From Lachnospiraceae bacterium (GTDB lineage Bacteria > Bacillota > Clostridia > Lachnospirales > Lachnospiraceae), in the NCBI GenBank assembly GCA_022763925.1, contig JALERW010000036.1, positions 3,779 through 67,778 on the forward strand: 64,000 bases of DNA. Reading direction: 5' to 3'. Below are positions 19,006-29,397 of the stretch, one piece after another (the stretch's first letter is position 1; the number at the start of each line of letters is the position of its first letter). The notes under the pieces were generated by a model. It saw only the letters and a program-made list of their open reading frames with translations, made no database searches and was not told the origin of the DNA. Made by a program: the position numbers and the translations under genes.

Positions 19006-20355
19006 ATGGCATTTGAGAGTTTATCGGATAAGCTGCAGAATATATTCAAGAACTTAAGAAGCAAGGGCCGGCTGACAGAGGATGATGTGAAGGCTTCCCT
19101 GAAGGAAGTCAAGATGGCGCTTCTGGAAGCGGATGTAAGCTTCAAGGTTGTAAAGCAGTTCGTGAAGGCCGTTCAGGAGCGGGCAGTGGGACAGGATGTC
19201 TTAAACGGCCTGAATCCGGGACAGATGGTCATTAAGATCGTGCATGAAGAGATGATTGCACTGATGGGCTCCGAGACAACGGAGATTTCCCTGAAGCCGA
19301 GGAATGAGATCACGGTCATCATGATGGTGGGACTTCAGGGCGCCGGTAAGACGACAACAACGGCGAAGATTGCCGGAAAGCTTCTGGAGAAGCGCAGGAA
19401 GCCTCTGCTGGCGGCCTGCGATGTGTATCGTCCGGCGGCAATCAAACAGCTGCAGGTGAACGGAGAGAAGCAGGGGGTGGAGGTGTTCTCCATGGGGGAC
19501 GGCCACAGGCCTGCCAATATCGCCAGAGCGGCCGCAGAGCATGCGGCAAAGAACGGCTTTGACGTAGTAATCCTGGATACTGCAGGACGTCTTCACATTG
19601 ATGAGGACATGATGAATGAACTGGTGGAAATCAAAGAGGCGGTGGATGTCCATCAGACGCTTCTTGTGGTGGATGCCATGACCGGTCAGGATGCTGTGAA
19701 CGTGGCCGGTATGTTCCATGATAAGATCGGTATTGACGGGGTCGTCCTTACGAAGCTGGACGGTGATACCCGGGGCGGTGCGGCTCTTTCGATCAAGGCG
19801 GTTACCGGCACACCGATTCTATATGTAGGTATGGGAGAAAAGCTTTCCGATCTGGAGCAGTTTTATCCCGACCGTATGGCTTCCAGAATTCTGGGAATGG
19901 GAGATGTGCTTACTCTGATTGAGAAGGCATCTGCAATGGATATCGATGAAGCGAAAGCGAAGGAGATGCAGCAGAAGCTGAAAAAGAACAAGCTGGGCTT
20001 TGACGATTATCTGGAAAGCATGCGCCAGATGAAGAAAATGGGAGGCCTGTCAAGCATCCTTGGCATGATGCCCGGGATGAGCAGTCAGATGAAGGGTCTG
20101 GAAGCGGCAATGGATGAAAAGAAGATGGCACGTATTGAGGCGATCATTCTTTCCATGACACCCCAGGAACGCTCCAATCCGGATATATTGAATCCTTCCC
20201 GTAAGAGAAGAATTGCCGCAGGCGCAGGCGTGGACATCAGTGAGGTGAACCGACTGGTAAAACAGTTCGATCAGAGCCGCAAGATGATGAAGCAGCTGCC
20301 CGGACTTATGGGAGGCAGAGGCGGCAGAAGAGGAAGAATGAGATTTCCATTTTAA
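19006..20355 (+). CDS. ffh: signal recognition particle protein Ffh
   Basis: GLQGAGKTT, DVYRPAA, DTAGRLH, Met-rich M domain. Confidence 0.98.
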   Translation: MAFESLSDKLQNIFKNLRSKGRLTEDDVKASLKEVKMALLEADVSFKVVKQFVKAVQERAVGQDVLNGLNPGQMVIKIVHEEMIALMGSETTEISLKPRNEITVIMMVGLQGAGKTTTTAKIAGKLLEKRRKPLLAACDVYRPAAIKQLQVNGEKQGVEVFSMGDGHRPANIARAAAEHAAKNGFDVVILDTAGRLHIDEDMMNELVEIKEAVDVHQTLLVVDAMTGQDAVNVAGMFHDKIGIDGVVLTKLDGDTRGGAALSIKAVTGTPILYVGMGEKLSDLEQFYPDRMASRILGMGDVLTLIEKASAMDIDEAKAKEMQQKLKKNKLGFDDYLESMRQMKKMGGLSSILGMMPGMSSQMKGLEAAMDEKKMARIEAIILSMTPQERSNPDILNPSRKRRIAAGAGVDISEVNRLVKQFDQSRKMMKQLPGLMGGRGGRRGRMRFPF

Positions 20356-20398
20356 TGGGATTTCCATTTCAGCATAATTGAAGGAGGTGAAATATAAG

Positions 20399-20644
20399 AT
20401 GGCAGTTAAGATCAGATTAAGAAGAATGGGTCAGAAGAAAGCTCCTTTCTATAGAATCATCGTTGCTGATTCCAGATCCCCGAGAGACGGAAGATTTATC
20501 GAGGAGATCGGTACTTACGATCCGACCAAAGATCCGAGCGTATACAATGTAAACGAGGAACTGGCAAAGAAGTGGCTTGCAAACGGCGCTCAGCCGACAG
20601 AGACAGTAAGCAAGATCTTTAAGATGGCTGGTATTGAAAAATAA
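20399..20644 (+). CDS. rpsP: 30S ribosomal protein S16
   Basis: [11 protein letters not shown]...[16 protein letters not shown]. Confidence 0.98.
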   Translation: MAVKIRLRRMGQKKAPFYRIIVADSRSPRDGRFIEEIGTYDPTKDPSVYNVNEELAKKWLANGAQPTETVSKIFKMAGIEK

Positions 20645-20664
20645 GACTTTGCGGAGGTGTCAGC

Positions 20665-20895
20665 GTGAAAGAATTAGTTGAAGTAATTGCAAAGTCGCTG
20701 GTCGATAACCCGGATGAAGTCCTGGTCACACAGACCGAGACAGACAAGGCAATCGTAGTGGAACTGCGGGTGGCTCAGTCAGATATGGGAAAAGTCATCG
20801 GCAAGCAGGGACGCATTGCAAAGGCAATCCGTGCGGTCGTAAAGGCAGCATCTTCCCAGGAAGATAAGAAAGTTGTCGTAGAAATTTTACAATAG
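20665..20895 (+). CDS. khpA: KH-domain RNA-binding protein KhpA (YlqC)
   Basis: DMGKVIGKQGRIAKAIR; lies between rpsP and rimM. Confidence 0.95.
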   Translation: MKELVEVIAKSLVDNPDEVLVTQTETDKAIVVELRVAQSDMGKVIGKQGRIAKAIRAVVKAASSQEDKKVVVEILQ

Positions 20896-20959
20896 CACGC
20901 AACAGGAGTGAAAGGGACGGGTAGTTTATCCGTCCCTTATCTGTACCAGGAGGACGAAG

Positions 20960-21469
20960 GTGGAAGACAGATTTCAGGTGGGCGTCATCACCACAACCCA
21001 CGGGGTGAGAGGGGAAGTAAAGGTATTTCCCACGACAGATGACAGTAAAAGATTCAGGAAGCTGAAGGAAGTGATCCTGGATACCGGAAAAGAAGAAAAG
21101 GTGCTTGAGGTGGAAGGCGTCAAGTTCTTTAAGAACCTGGTGATCCTGAAATTCAGGGACTATGACAATATAAATGATATCGAAAAATATAAAGGCTGCA
21201 GCCTTTATGTGACGAGGGCGAATGCCGTCCGTCTGAAAAGGGATGAATATTTTGTGGCCGATCTGATCGGCATGGATGTTTTTCTGGAAGACGGACAGCC
21301 CTTTGGAACTCTGAAGGATGTGATGGAAACCGGTGCCAATGATGTCTATGTGATAGAAATGTCAGATGGCAGGGAAGTGCTGGTTCCCGCCATAAAGGAC
21401 TGTATCCGGAAAGTGGAGCCAGAAGCGGGAAGAATGGAGATTCATCTGCTTCCGGGACTTTTGGACTGA
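20960..21469 (+). CDS. rimM: 16S rRNA processing protein RimM
   Basis: THGVRGEVKV, ETGANDVY. Confidence 0.96.
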   Translation: MEDRFQVGVITTTHGVRGEVKVFPTTDDSKRFRKLKEVILDTGKEEKVLEVEGVKFFKNLVILKFRDYDNINDIEKYKGCSLYVTRANAVRLKRDEYFVADLIGMDVFLEDGQPFGTLKDVMETGANDVYVIEMSDGREVLVPAIKDCIRKVEPEAGRMEIHLLPGLLD

Positions 21470-21479
21470 GGAAAGAAGT

Positions 21480-22208
21480 ATGAATTATCATGTGCTGACC
21501 CTGTTTCCGGATATGGTGATGCAGGGAATGAATACGAGTATTATCGGACGGGCCATGGAGAAGGGCCTGCTGGGCCTGGAAGCGGTGGACATCCGGGAGT
21601 TTTCCAAAAATAAGCATAAAAAGGTGGACGACTATCCTTACGGCGGAGGCGCGGGCCTGGTAATGCAGGCGGAACCGGTGTATCTGGCCTATGAATCCAT
21701 TGCTGCCGGAATGGAAAAAAAGCCCCGTGTGATCTATATGACCCCCCAGGGACAGGTATTTAATCAGAAGCTGGCGGTGGAGCTGGCAAAGGAAGAGGAA
21801 CTGATTTTTCTGTGCGGCCACTATGAGGGAATCGATGAGCGGGTGCTGGAGGAAATTGTGACGGACAACGTGTCTATCGGAGACTATGTGCTGACCGGCG
21901 GAGAGCTGGCGGCCATGGTGATGATCGACGCCATTTCCCGGCATGTGCCGGGGGTCCTGAACAATGAGGAATCTGCACAGTTTGACTCCTTCCATGATAA
22001 CCTTCTGGAGTATCCCCAGTACAGCCGTCCGGAGGAATGGCGGGGGAAAAGGGTGCCGGAGGTGCTGCTGTCGGGTCATCACGGAAAGGTGGACGAATGG
22101 AGGAGACAGCAGTCGCTGAAGCGTACGCTGGAGCGCCGTCCGGATCTGCTGGAAGGGGCGAAGCTGGATAAAAAGGACGAAGAGTTTTTAAGAGGACTGA
22201 AGAAATGA
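21480..22208 (+). CDS. trmD: tRNA (guanine37-N1)-methyltransferase
   Basis: VDDYPYGGGAG, CGHYEGIDER, SIGDYVLTGGE. Confidence 0.98.
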   Translation: MNYHVLTLFPDMVMQGMNTSIIGRAMEKGLLGLEAVDIREFSKNKHKKVDDYPYGGGAGLVMQAEPVYLAYESIAAGMEKKPRVIYMTPQGQVFNQKLAVELAKEEELIFLCGHYEGIDERVLEEIVTDNVSIGDYVLTGGELAAMVMIDAISRHVPGVLNNEESAQFDSFHDNLLEYPQYSRPEEWRGKRVPEVLLSGHHGKVDEWRRQQSLKRTLERRPDLLEGAKLDKKDEEFLRGLKK

Positions 22209-23197
22209 AGAAGATACTTTTGATTGCTACCGGAGGGACGATTGCCTCGAGAAAAGCAGAAAACGGGCTGGTTCCTGAGATCCCCATGGATCAGCTTTTA
22301 AATTATGTTCCACAGATTCAGAACCTTTGCCATATGGAGGCTATACAGCCTGTCAATCTGGACAGTACGAATATGCAGCCGACACACTGGCTGATGATAG
22401 CGGAAAAGATTCGGGAGAATTATGAGAAATTTGACGGATTTGTGATCCTGCATGGTACGGATACCATGGCGTACACGGCGGCCGCACTGTCTTATCTGAT
22501 ACAGAACAGTCCAAAGCCAATTGTTCTGACCGGAGCCCAGAAGCCCATCGATCAGGATATTACAGATGCAAGGAGCAATGTGATCCAGAGTGTGATCTAT
22601 GCCTGTGATGACAGCGCCAGTAATGTGAATTTTGTTTTTAATGGCGAGGTCATTGCAGGGACAAGAGGAAGAAAGATCCGTACAAAAAGCTTTAATGCTT
22701 TTTCCAGTGTGGATTTTCCGCATTTGGCTGTTATCCGGGAAAACCGGGTGATACACTACATATGCCGGAAAGAGAGAGACCCTTTTACATGCTATGACCG
22801 TTTAAATGACAAGGTGGTGGTTCTGAAGCTGATTCCCGGAATGAAGGCGGACATCCTGGATTATCTTGGAGAACATTATGATGCTGTGATCATTGAGGGA
22901 TTTGGGATCGGGGGAATTCCCAATACGCAGGAGCAGATGTTTCGACAGAAGATCACCGAATTTCTGGATCGCGGAAAAGTGCTGGTCATTACAACCCAGG
23001 TTCCGCTGGAGGGCAGTGACCTGAGTGTATATGAAGTTGGCCGGGTATTTAAGGAGGACGAAAGGATTCTGGAAGCCTATAATATGACACTGGAGGCCAT
23101 TACCACGAAGCTGATGTGGGTGCTGGGCTGTACGGATGACCGGAAAAGGCAGAAAGAGCTGTTTTATAAGGAAATAAATTTTGATATTTACCGATAA
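22205..23197 (+). CDS. ansA: L-asparaginase type I
   Basis: ATGGTIA and HGTDTMAYTA catalytic threonine motifs. Confidence 0.93.
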   Translation: MKKILLIATGGTIASRKAENGLVPEIPMDQLLNYVPQIQNLCHMEAIQPVNLDSTNMQPTHWLMIAEKIRENYEKFDGFVILHGTDTMAYTAAALSYLIQNSPKPIVLTGAQKPIDQDITDARSNVIQSVIYACDDSASNVNFVFNGEVIAGTRGRKIRTKSFNAFSSVDFPHLAVIRENRVIHYICRKERDPFTCYDRLNDKVVVLKLIPGMKADILDYLGEHYDAVIIEGFGIGGIPNTQEQMFRQKITEFLDRGKVLVITTQVPLEGSDLSVYEVGRVFKEDERILEAYNMTLEAITTKLMWVLGCTDDRKRQKELFYKEINFDIYR

Positions 23198-23204
23198 AAA
23201 TTCC

Positions 23205-23233
23205 TTGCATATCGAAGAAAATTATGATATGAT
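23205..23233 (+). promoter_or_regulatory. sigmaA promoter of rplS
   Basis: TTGCAT-17 nt-TATGAT with TG extended -10. Confidence 0.7.
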
Positions 23234-23251
23234 GCAATAGTTGTGAGAAGA

Positions 23252-23292
23252 ATAGATGGTCCTCTGTTACGTTATGTATTAAGAACATCCAA
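23252..23292 (+). ncRNA. ribosomal protein L19 leader
   Basis: GATGGTCCTCTG...AAGAACATC hairpin in the rplS 5' UTR resembles the Firmicute L19 leader pattern. Confidence 0.7.
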
Positions 23293-23311
23293 AGAATAAG
23301 GAGGCACACAA

Positions 23312-23659
23312 ATGAACGAAATCATTAAGAGCATTGAGGCTGAACAGCTGAAGGCAGAAGTACCGCAGTTTAACGTAGGTGACACCGTTAAGGTTTACGG
23401 TAAGATCAAAGAGGGTAACCGCGAAAGAATCCAGGTTTTCGAAGGCATCGTTCTGAAGAGACAGGGCGGCGGAGCAAGAGAGACCTTTACTGTAAGAAAG
23501 AATTCCAACGGAATCGGCGTAGAGAAGACATGGCCGCTGCATTCTCCCAACGTAGAGAAGGTAGAGGTTGTCCGCAAGGGTAAAGTAAGACGTGCAAAGC
23601 TGAACTACTTAAGAGGCCGCGTAGGAAAGAAAGCAAAGGTAAAAGAGTTAGTAAAATAG
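23312..23659 (+). CDS. rplS: 50S ribosomal protein L19
   Basis: GDTVKV...[26 protein letters not shown]. Confidence 0.98.
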   Translation: MNEIIKSIEAEQLKAEVPQFNVGDTVKVYGKIKEGNRERIQVFEGIVLKRQGGGARETFTVRKNSNGIGVEKTWPLHSPNVEKVEVVRKGKVRRAKLNYLRGRVGKKAKVKELVK

Positions 23660-23666
23660 GGATTTG

Positions 23667-23706
23667 GAAGAGGGACAAGTACATAATGTATGTTGTCCCT
23701 TTTTTT
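23667..23706 (+). terminator. intrinsic terminator after rplS
   Basis: AGGGACAA...TTGTCCCT followed by a T run. Confidence 0.75.
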
Positions 23707-23732
23707 CCCTTATCATTACAGGCGGGAAATCT

Positions 23733-24314
23733 ATGAGAAGAAAGAGAAGAAGATACGGGGCACGCAGAAAAGAAAAAAAGATCAACATGCATGTGATCAG
23801 TGAAATACTCATGTGGGTGTTTCAGATTGCGGTGGTGCTGGCATTCGCATTTGTCATCGTGTATTATGCGGGAGAGCAGATCAGCAATATCGGAGATTCC
23901 ATGTCTCCTGCGCTGGAAAACGGGGATGTTGTTCTGGTAAACCGCTTTATATATAAAGTAAAATCCCCTCAAATGGGTGATCTGATCGTATTTAAGCCCA
24001 ATGGAAATGAGAATTCCCATTATTATATCAAGCGTGTCGTGGCGGGACCCGGGGATACGGTTCAGATTAAAGAAGGTTTTCTTTACGTGAATGATGAGCT
24101 GGTCACGGATCTGCCGGTGGGAAAGATCTCCAATGCGGGTATGGCGGAAGAACCTGTTTCTGTGGAGAAGGATACGTATTTTGTGATCGGAGATAATCCC
24201 AACAGCAGTGAGGACAGCCGATATGCGGATATTGGAAATGTGAATCTGAAGGACATAGAGGGAAAGCCGTGGTATGTGCTTTCTCCCAAACAGCGGCGCG
24301 GAAGACTGAAATAA
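23733..24314 (+). CDS. lepB: signal peptidase I (copy 1)
   Basis: GDSMSP serine, YIKRVV lysine, GDN..SEDSR. Confidence 0.92.
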   Translation: MRRKRRRYGARRKEKKINMHVISEILMWVFQIAVVLAFAFVIVYYAGEQISNIGDSMSPALENGDVVLVNRFIYKVKSPQMGDLIVFKPNGNENSHYYIKRVVAGPGDTVQIKEGFLYVNDELVTDLPVGKISNAGMAEEPVSVEKDTYFVIGDNPNSSEDSRYADIGNVNLKDIEGKPWYVLSPKQRRGRLK

Positions 24315-24349
24315 ATGTTCCGTTCTGGCGGAACCGGAAAGGATGAATT

Positions 24350-25201
24350 ATGGAATATCATTGGTATCCGGGGCACATGACGAAGGCAAAGCGCATGATG
24401 CAGGAGAATATAAAACTGGTGGATCTGATCATAGAGCTGGTGGATGCGAGGATTCCCTACAGCAGCAGAAATCCGGACATAGATGAACTGGGGAAGAATA
24501 AGGCAAGAATTATTCTGCTGAATAAGGCGGATCTGGCCAATGAGGCGTGCAATGAGGAATGGACGAGAGCATTTCAGGAGAAGGGCGCCTTCGTGGTCAA
24601 GGCCAACTCCCGCACCGGAGCAGGTCTTAAGGCAATCGGAGGCGCTGTGCAGGAGGCCTGTCGGGAAAAACTGGAGCGGGACCGGAAACGCGGAATTAAA
24701 AATCGACCGGTGCGGGCCATGGTGGCCGGAATCCCGAATGTGGGAAAATCCACATTTATCAACAGCTATGCGGGGAAGGCATGCGCAAAGACCGGGAATA
24801 AGCCTGGTGTGACAAGAGGAGCTCAGTGGATTCGCCTGAACCGCCAGCTGGAGCTTCTGGATACTCCCGGAATTCTCTGGCCAAGATTCGAAAATCAGGA
24901 GGTTGGCTATAAGCTGGCGCTGATCGGTTCTATTAAAGATGAGCTTCTGAATACGGAGGAAATGGCCGTTTCCTTTCTCGGCTTTCTTCATGAAAATTAT
25001 GAGGGGCTTCTGGCAGGCAGATACGGCATAGAGGAGTCTTCCGATGCGTTAGAAAATCTTAATAAAATCGCGGAAAATAGACTTTGCCGTTTAAAAGGAA
25101 ATGTGTTAGACTTAAATAAGGCATCAGGCATCCTTATTGATGATTTCCGAAATGGCCGTCTGGGAAGGATTACCCTGGAATTTCCCGGGGACCATATATA
25201 A
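24350..25201 (+). CDS. rbgA: ribosome biogenesis GTPase RbgA/YlqF
   Basis: WYPGHMTKA, NKADL, GIPNVGKS, DTPG (circularly permuted GTPase). Confidence 0.96.
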   Translation: MEYHWYPGHMTKAKRMMQENIKLVDLIIELVDARIPYSSRNPDIDELGKNKARIILLNKADLANEACNEEWTRAFQEKGAFVVKANSRTGAGLKAIGGAVQEACREKLERDRKRGIKNRPVRAMVAGIPNVGKSTFINSYAGKACAKTGNKPGVTRGAQWIRLNRQLELLDTPGILWPRFENQEVGYKLALIGSIKDELLNTEEMAVSFLGFLHENYEGLLAGRYGIEESSDALENLNKIAENRLCRLKGNVLDLNKASGILIDDFRNGRLGRITLEFPGDHI

Positions 25202-25221
25202 GAAGAGGAACTAAGAGCAAT

Positions 25222-25809
25222 ATGAAAGCAGAAACCGAAATTGGTACGGAGAAAGAAGACAGGAAGCGCTCGGATGGTGTTTACCGTGAAGTGTTTGAGA
25301 TGATTTTTTATATGGTATTTGTCGTTGTGGCGACGCTTCTTGTGATCCGTTTTGTGGGACAGCGGACCGAGGTGAGCGGTCATTCCATGGAGAATACCTT
25401 AAGTGACAGGGATAATCTGATCGTGGATAAGATTACTTATCGTTTCCGGGATCCGAAGCGCTATGATATCATTGTCTTTCCCTATAAGTATAAAGAGAAT
25501 ACCTTCTATATCAAACGCATCATTGGCCTTCCGGGGGAGACTGTGCAGATCACGGAGGAAGGAGATATCCTGATCGACGGAGAAGTGCTTGAGGAATCTT
25601 ACGGCAAAGAAGTCATGAAAAGCCCGGGAATTGCGGCGGATCCGATTCTGCTTGGAGCGGATGAGTATTTTGTGCTGGGAGATAACCGGAATGCCAGTGC
25701 AGACAGCCGGGATCCCAGTGTCGGGATCATATCCGGGGAAGATATTGTGGGGCGTGCGTGGCTGCGCATCTGGCCTCTGAACAAATTTGGTATCCTGAAG
25801 CATCAGTAA
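25222..25809 (+). CDS. lepB: signal peptidase I (copy 2)
   Basis: GHSME, YIKRIIGLPGE, GDNRNASADSR. Confidence 0.93.
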   Translation: MKAETEIGTEKEDRKRSDGVYREVFEMIFYMVFVVVATLLVIRFVGQRTEVSGHSMENTLSDRDNLIVDKITYRFRDPKRYDIIVFPYKYKENTFYIKRIIGLPGETVQITEEGDILIDGEVLEESYGKEVMKSPGIAADPILLGADEYFVLGDNRNASADSRDPSVGIISGEDIVGRAWLRIWPLNKFGILKHQ

Positions 25810-25844
25810 AACGATGGTGTACACGGACAAAGGAAGGATGAGTC

Positions 25845-25873
25845 AGCTCCCTGTTTTTTCAGGGGGCTTTTTT
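25845..25873 (+). terminator. hairpin/terminator after lepB copy 2
   Basis: AGCTCCCTG / CAGGGGGCT stem followed by a T run. Confidence 0.6.
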
Positions 25874-25890
25874 ATAACACGGAAGGAGTA

Positions 25891-26670
25891 TTGAAATTGG
25901 AAAAGATCGGGGAGATAAAGGAGGCTTTTTTGCAGGGCAGGGAAGAACAGTGGCGTGTGCTGATCCGCCGGTATGAGGGGGATGAGCGCCCGGGTGTGCG
26001 AAAGCTCTGTGAAAAATATGAAAAGGAGCTGGAGAAGCTGAAAAAGGAACGGCAGCGGATCGAGGGTATGCGGATATTTGAAAAGCAGTATGAAGACAAA
26101 GAATATATCTGCGGGATCGATGAGGTGGGCAGAGGACCTCTGGCAGGACCTGTAGTGGCCGGCGCAGTGATTCTTCCGAAGGACTGTGTGATCTATTATG
26201 TCAATGATTCCAAGAAGCTGACAGAAAAAAAACGGGAAGAGCTGTATGATGTGATTCTGAAGGAGGCGGTTTCGGTCGGAATCGGGTATGCTTCTCCAAA
26301 GCGCATCGATGAGATCAATATTCTTCAGGCAACCTATGAGGCTATGCGCATGGCGATCGGAAAGCTTTCCGTAAAGCCGGACATTCTTCTGAATGATGCG
26401 GTGACGATCCCGGGCGTGGATATTCCCCAGGTGCCGATCATAAAGGGAGATGCCAAAAGCATTTCCATAGCGTCTGCCAGTATTATGGCAAAGGTGACAA
26501 GGGATCGTCTGATGGTGGAATATGACCGGGTGCTGCCGGTTTACGGCTTTGCCTCCAACAAGGGCTATGGTTCCCGGGAGCATATAGAAGCACTGAAAAA
26601 ATATGGAGCTTCCGATATTCACAGAAGGAGCTTTATCGGACATTTTGTTGATGTTTCGGGCACAAAATAA
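25891..26670 (+). CDS. rnhB: ribonuclease HII
   Basis: GIDEVGRGPLAGPV, DSKKL, KGDAKS, HRRSF. Confidence 0.96.
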   Translation: MKLEKIGEIKEAFLQGREEQWRVLIRRYEGDERPGVRKLCEKYEKELEKLKKERQRIEGMRIFEKQYEDKEYICGIDEVGRGPLAGPVVAGAVILPKDCVIYYVNDSKKLTEKKREELYDVILKEAVSVGIGYASPKRIDEINILQATYEAMRMAIGKLSVKPDILLNDAVTIPGVDIPQVPIIKGDAKSISIASASIMAKVTRDRLMVEYDRVLPVYGFASNKGYGSREHIEALKKYGASDIHRRSFIGHFVDVSGTK

Positions 26671-26676
26671 GAGGGG

Positions 26677-27045
26677 ATGTATGTGAATAAACGGGCAGTG
26701 GGGACGGCATATGAAGAGGCGGCGGCAGCGCGGCTGGCTTCCATGGGATACCGGATCCTGGAACACAGCTTCCGGTGCCGGGAGGGAGAGATCGATCTTG
26801 TGGCAAGGGACGGGGCGTGTCTTGTATTTGTGGAGGTAAAATATCGCAGGACCGGATGCATGGGACATCCGCTGGAGGCGGTGACACCTGCCAAGCAGAG
26901 GAGAATCTGCCGGGTATCCGATGTATATCGGATGCGGCACAGGATCCCCTCTGATATGCAGGTGAGATATGATGTGGCGGCGGTGCTGGATCAGGATATA
27001 CAGGTGGTGCAGAACGCGTTTCCCTATCGGGGAAGAGGGTTTTGA
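26677..27045 (+). CDS. YraN family (UPF0102) nuclease-like protein
   Basis: GEIDLVA, FVEVKYR; follows rnhB. Confidence 0.92.
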   Translation: MYVNKRAVGTAYEEAAAARLASMGYRILEHSFRCREGEIDLVARDGACLVFVEVKYRRTGCMGHPLEAVTPAKQRRICRVSDVYRMRHRIPSDMQVRYDVAAVLDQDIQVVQNAFPYRGRGF

Positions 27046-27074
27046 AACATGCATGGGAAGAGGAGGAATCAAGG

Positions 27075-27947
27075 ATGGAGTGGATTCGAAAGCAGTGTGA
27101 GGGTAGACAGCAGATAGAGGATACGGTGAGACATCATATTCCGTTTCTGGAATTTCCCCTTCTTCGGGAGACAAATATGGTGATTCATGGATTTACTACC
27201 CGAATGGGAGGGGTCAGTGAAGGGATTTTTTCCTCCATGAATCTTAGCTTTACCAGGGGTGATGATCCGAAGAGGGTGCAGAAAAATTATGAGCTGGCAG
27301 CAGAAGCACTTGGAGTTTCGCCGGAGCGTATCGTCTGCAGTGATCAGACGCATACTACAAATGTAAGGCATGTGACGGCAAAGGACTGTGGAAAAGGTCT
27401 GTATCGGAAGAAGGATTATTCCGATGTGGACGGAATGATCACGGATGAGCCGGGCCTTGTGCTGGCGGCATTTTTTGCAGACTGCGTGCCGCTGTTTTTT
27501 GTGGATCCGGAAAAACGTGCCGTTGGCCTTGCACATTCCGGGTGGAGAGGAACGGCCGGGAAAATGGGACTGTGCATGGTTTCGGCCATGGAGCAGGCAT
27601 TTTCAAGCCGTCCGGAGGATATTCGGGCAGCCATTGGTCCTTCCATCTGTGTGGACTGCTATGAAGTCAGTGAGGACGTGATACAGGAATTTGAAAAGCG
27701 CTTTGACAAAAAAACGATGGAGGAGATCTGTATTTCGAAGGAAAACGGAAAGTATCAGCTGGATCTGTGGAAGGCCAACCGGGCGGTGCTGCTGGAGGCA
27801 GGCGTTCTCCCGGAGCATATTGCGGTGACGGATATCTGTACCTGCTGTAACCCGAAAAAATTGTTTTCCCATCGGGCGAGTCACGGACAGCGGGGAAATC
27901 TTGCGGCGTTTCTTTCCATTTGCGGACAGCATTCGGATTACAGGTAG
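27075..27947 (+). CDS. pgeF: PgeF/YfiH (LACC1-like) protein
   Basis: HGFTTRMGGVS, QTHT, ADCVP, HSGWRG, FSHR; start moved to the ATG after GAGGAGG. Confidence 0.92.
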   Translation: MEWIRKQCEGRQQIEDTVRHHIPFLEFPLLRETNMVIHGFTTRMGGVSEGIFSSMNLSFTRGDDPKRVQKNYELAAEALGVSPERIVCSDQTHTTNVRHVTAKDCGKGLYRKKDYSDVDGMITDEPGLVLAAFFADCVPLFFVDPEKRAVGLAHSGWRGTAGKMGLCMVSAMEQAFSSRPEDIRAAIGPSICVDCYEVSEDVIQEFEKRFDKKTMEEICISKENGKYQLDLWKANRAVLLEAGVLPEHIAVTDICTCCNPKKLFSHRASHGQRGNLAAFLSICGQHSDYR

Positions 27948-27975
27948 GGTCAGGGACGGTGCAGGGCCGGATGAG

Positions 27976-28004
27976 TTGCAATTTTCAGAAGTATTTAGTA
28001 TGAT
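27976..28004 (+). promoter_or_regulatory. putative sigmaA promoter of DUF512-der-plsY-gpsA
   Basis: TTGCAA-17 nt-TATGAT. Confidence 0.6.
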
Positions 28005-28042
28005 AACAGGAGATTGTATATAAAGATGCAAGGAGCTTGAAA

Positions 28043-29374
28043 ATGAAGAGACGAGATGCAGGGCAGAACGGTCATGTGATCTGTCGGGTGGAACCGGGAA
28101 GCATTGCTGATGAACTGGAGCTGGAGCCCGGGGATATTCTGCTTTCGGTAAACGGACAGAAGATCGGTGACATCTTTGATTATCAGTATCTGACCAATGA
28201 GGAATATCTGGAGATTCTCATCCGTAAGAAGACCAATGAGGAATGGGAGCTGGAGATCGAGAAGGAATTCGAGGAAGATCTGGGACTGGAGTTTGAAAAT
28301 GGCCTGATGGATGAATACCGTTCCTGCCGGAACAAGTGTATTTTCTGCTTTATTGATCAGATGCCGAAGGGAATGAGAGAGACCCTGTATTTTAAGGATG
28401 ATGATTCCAGACTTTCTTTCCTTCAGGGAAATTACGTGACGCTGACGAATATGAGTGATGAGGATATTGACCGGATCATCCGATACCGGCTTTCTCCGAT
28501 CAATATTTCCTTTCAGACAACGAATCCGAAGCTGCGGTGCACAATGCTGAATAACCGGTTTGCCGGTGATGCACTCGCCAAGGCAGACCGTCTCTATGAG
28601 GCCGGTATTGAGATGAACGGACAGATCGTCCTGTGTAAGGGGGTCAATGACGAAGAGGAGCTGGAGCGGAGCATCCGGGATCTGTCTCGATATCTTCCCC
28701 ATCTTCAGAGCGTTTCTGTTGTGCCGGTGGGACTTACGAAATACCGGGAAGGCCTGTATCCGCTGGAGCCGTTTTCGAAGGAGGACGCAAGGAAGGTGAT
28801 TGCTCTCGTGCACCGGTGGCAGGAGAAGCTGCATACAGAATACGGACTGCATTTTATTCACTGCGGGGATGAATGGTATATTCTCGCAGGGGAGGAGATG
28901 CCCTCCGAGGAGACCTACGATGGGTACCTTCAGCTGGAAAATGGTGTCGGAATGACAAGGCTCCTTCTGAATGAGACAAAGGAAGCGCTGGAGGCCTGTT
29001 CCGGAGATGACCGGATCCGGAGATTGGATCTGGCAACCGGACAGCTGGCCGGACCTTTTCTTGAGCAGATTGTGACGGAAATTCAAAAAAAGTATCCCGG
29101 GATACAGGTTTGCATTCATGAGATCCGGAATGATTTTTTTGGACCGAGGATTACCGTGGCAGGGCTGATCACCGGACAGGACCTGATCGCGCAGCTTTCC
29201 GGGGAACTGACCTCAGAGGAGCTTTTGCTTCCGGATGTGATGCTGCGGGACGGTGAGGAGGTATTTCTGGATGATGTAACGCTTTCGGAGATTTCCGAGG
29301 CTTTACAGGTAAAGATAACTGTTGTAAAATCAGGCGGACAGGATCTGGTGGATGCCATTCTTGGAAACCTTTGA
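28043..29374 (+). CDS. DUF512 radical-SAM-like Fe-S protein with N-terminal PDZ-like domain
   Basis: CRNKCIFC (CxxxCxxC), KDDDSRLSF, QLENGVG; conserved position before der. Confidence 0.88.
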   Translation: MKRRDAGQNGHVICRVEPGSIADELELEPGDILLSVNGQKIGDIFDYQYLTNEEYLEILIRKKTNEEWELEIEKEFEEDLGLEFENGLMDEYRSCRNKCIFCFIDQMPKGMRETLYFKDDDSRLSFLQGNYVTLTNMSDEDIDRIIRYRLSPINISFQTTNPKLRCTMLNNRFAGDALAKADRLYEAGIEMNGQIVLCKGVNDEEELERSIRDLSRYLPHLQSVSVVPVGLTKYREGLYPLEPFSKEDARKVIALVHRWQEKLHTEYGLHFIHCGDEWYILAGEEMPSEETYDGYLQLENGVGMTRLLLNETKEALEACSGDDRIRRLDLATGQLAGPFLEQIVTEIQKKYPGIQVCIHEIRNDFFGPRITVAGLITGQDLIAQLSGELTSEELLLPDVMLRDGEEVFLDDVTLSEISEALQVKITVVKSGGQDLVDAILGNL

Positions 29375-29397
29375 AGAATATAGAGGAGAAGTTATAT

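Noticed and set aside
23733-25809. two signal peptidase I genes flanking rbgA
   Set aside because: multiple lepB copies near rplS-rbgA-rnhB are an ordinary Firmicute arrangement
28043-29374. DUF512 radical-SAM-like gene as a novel system
   Set aside because: function unknown, but it is a widespread conserved neighbour of der and not specific to this locus
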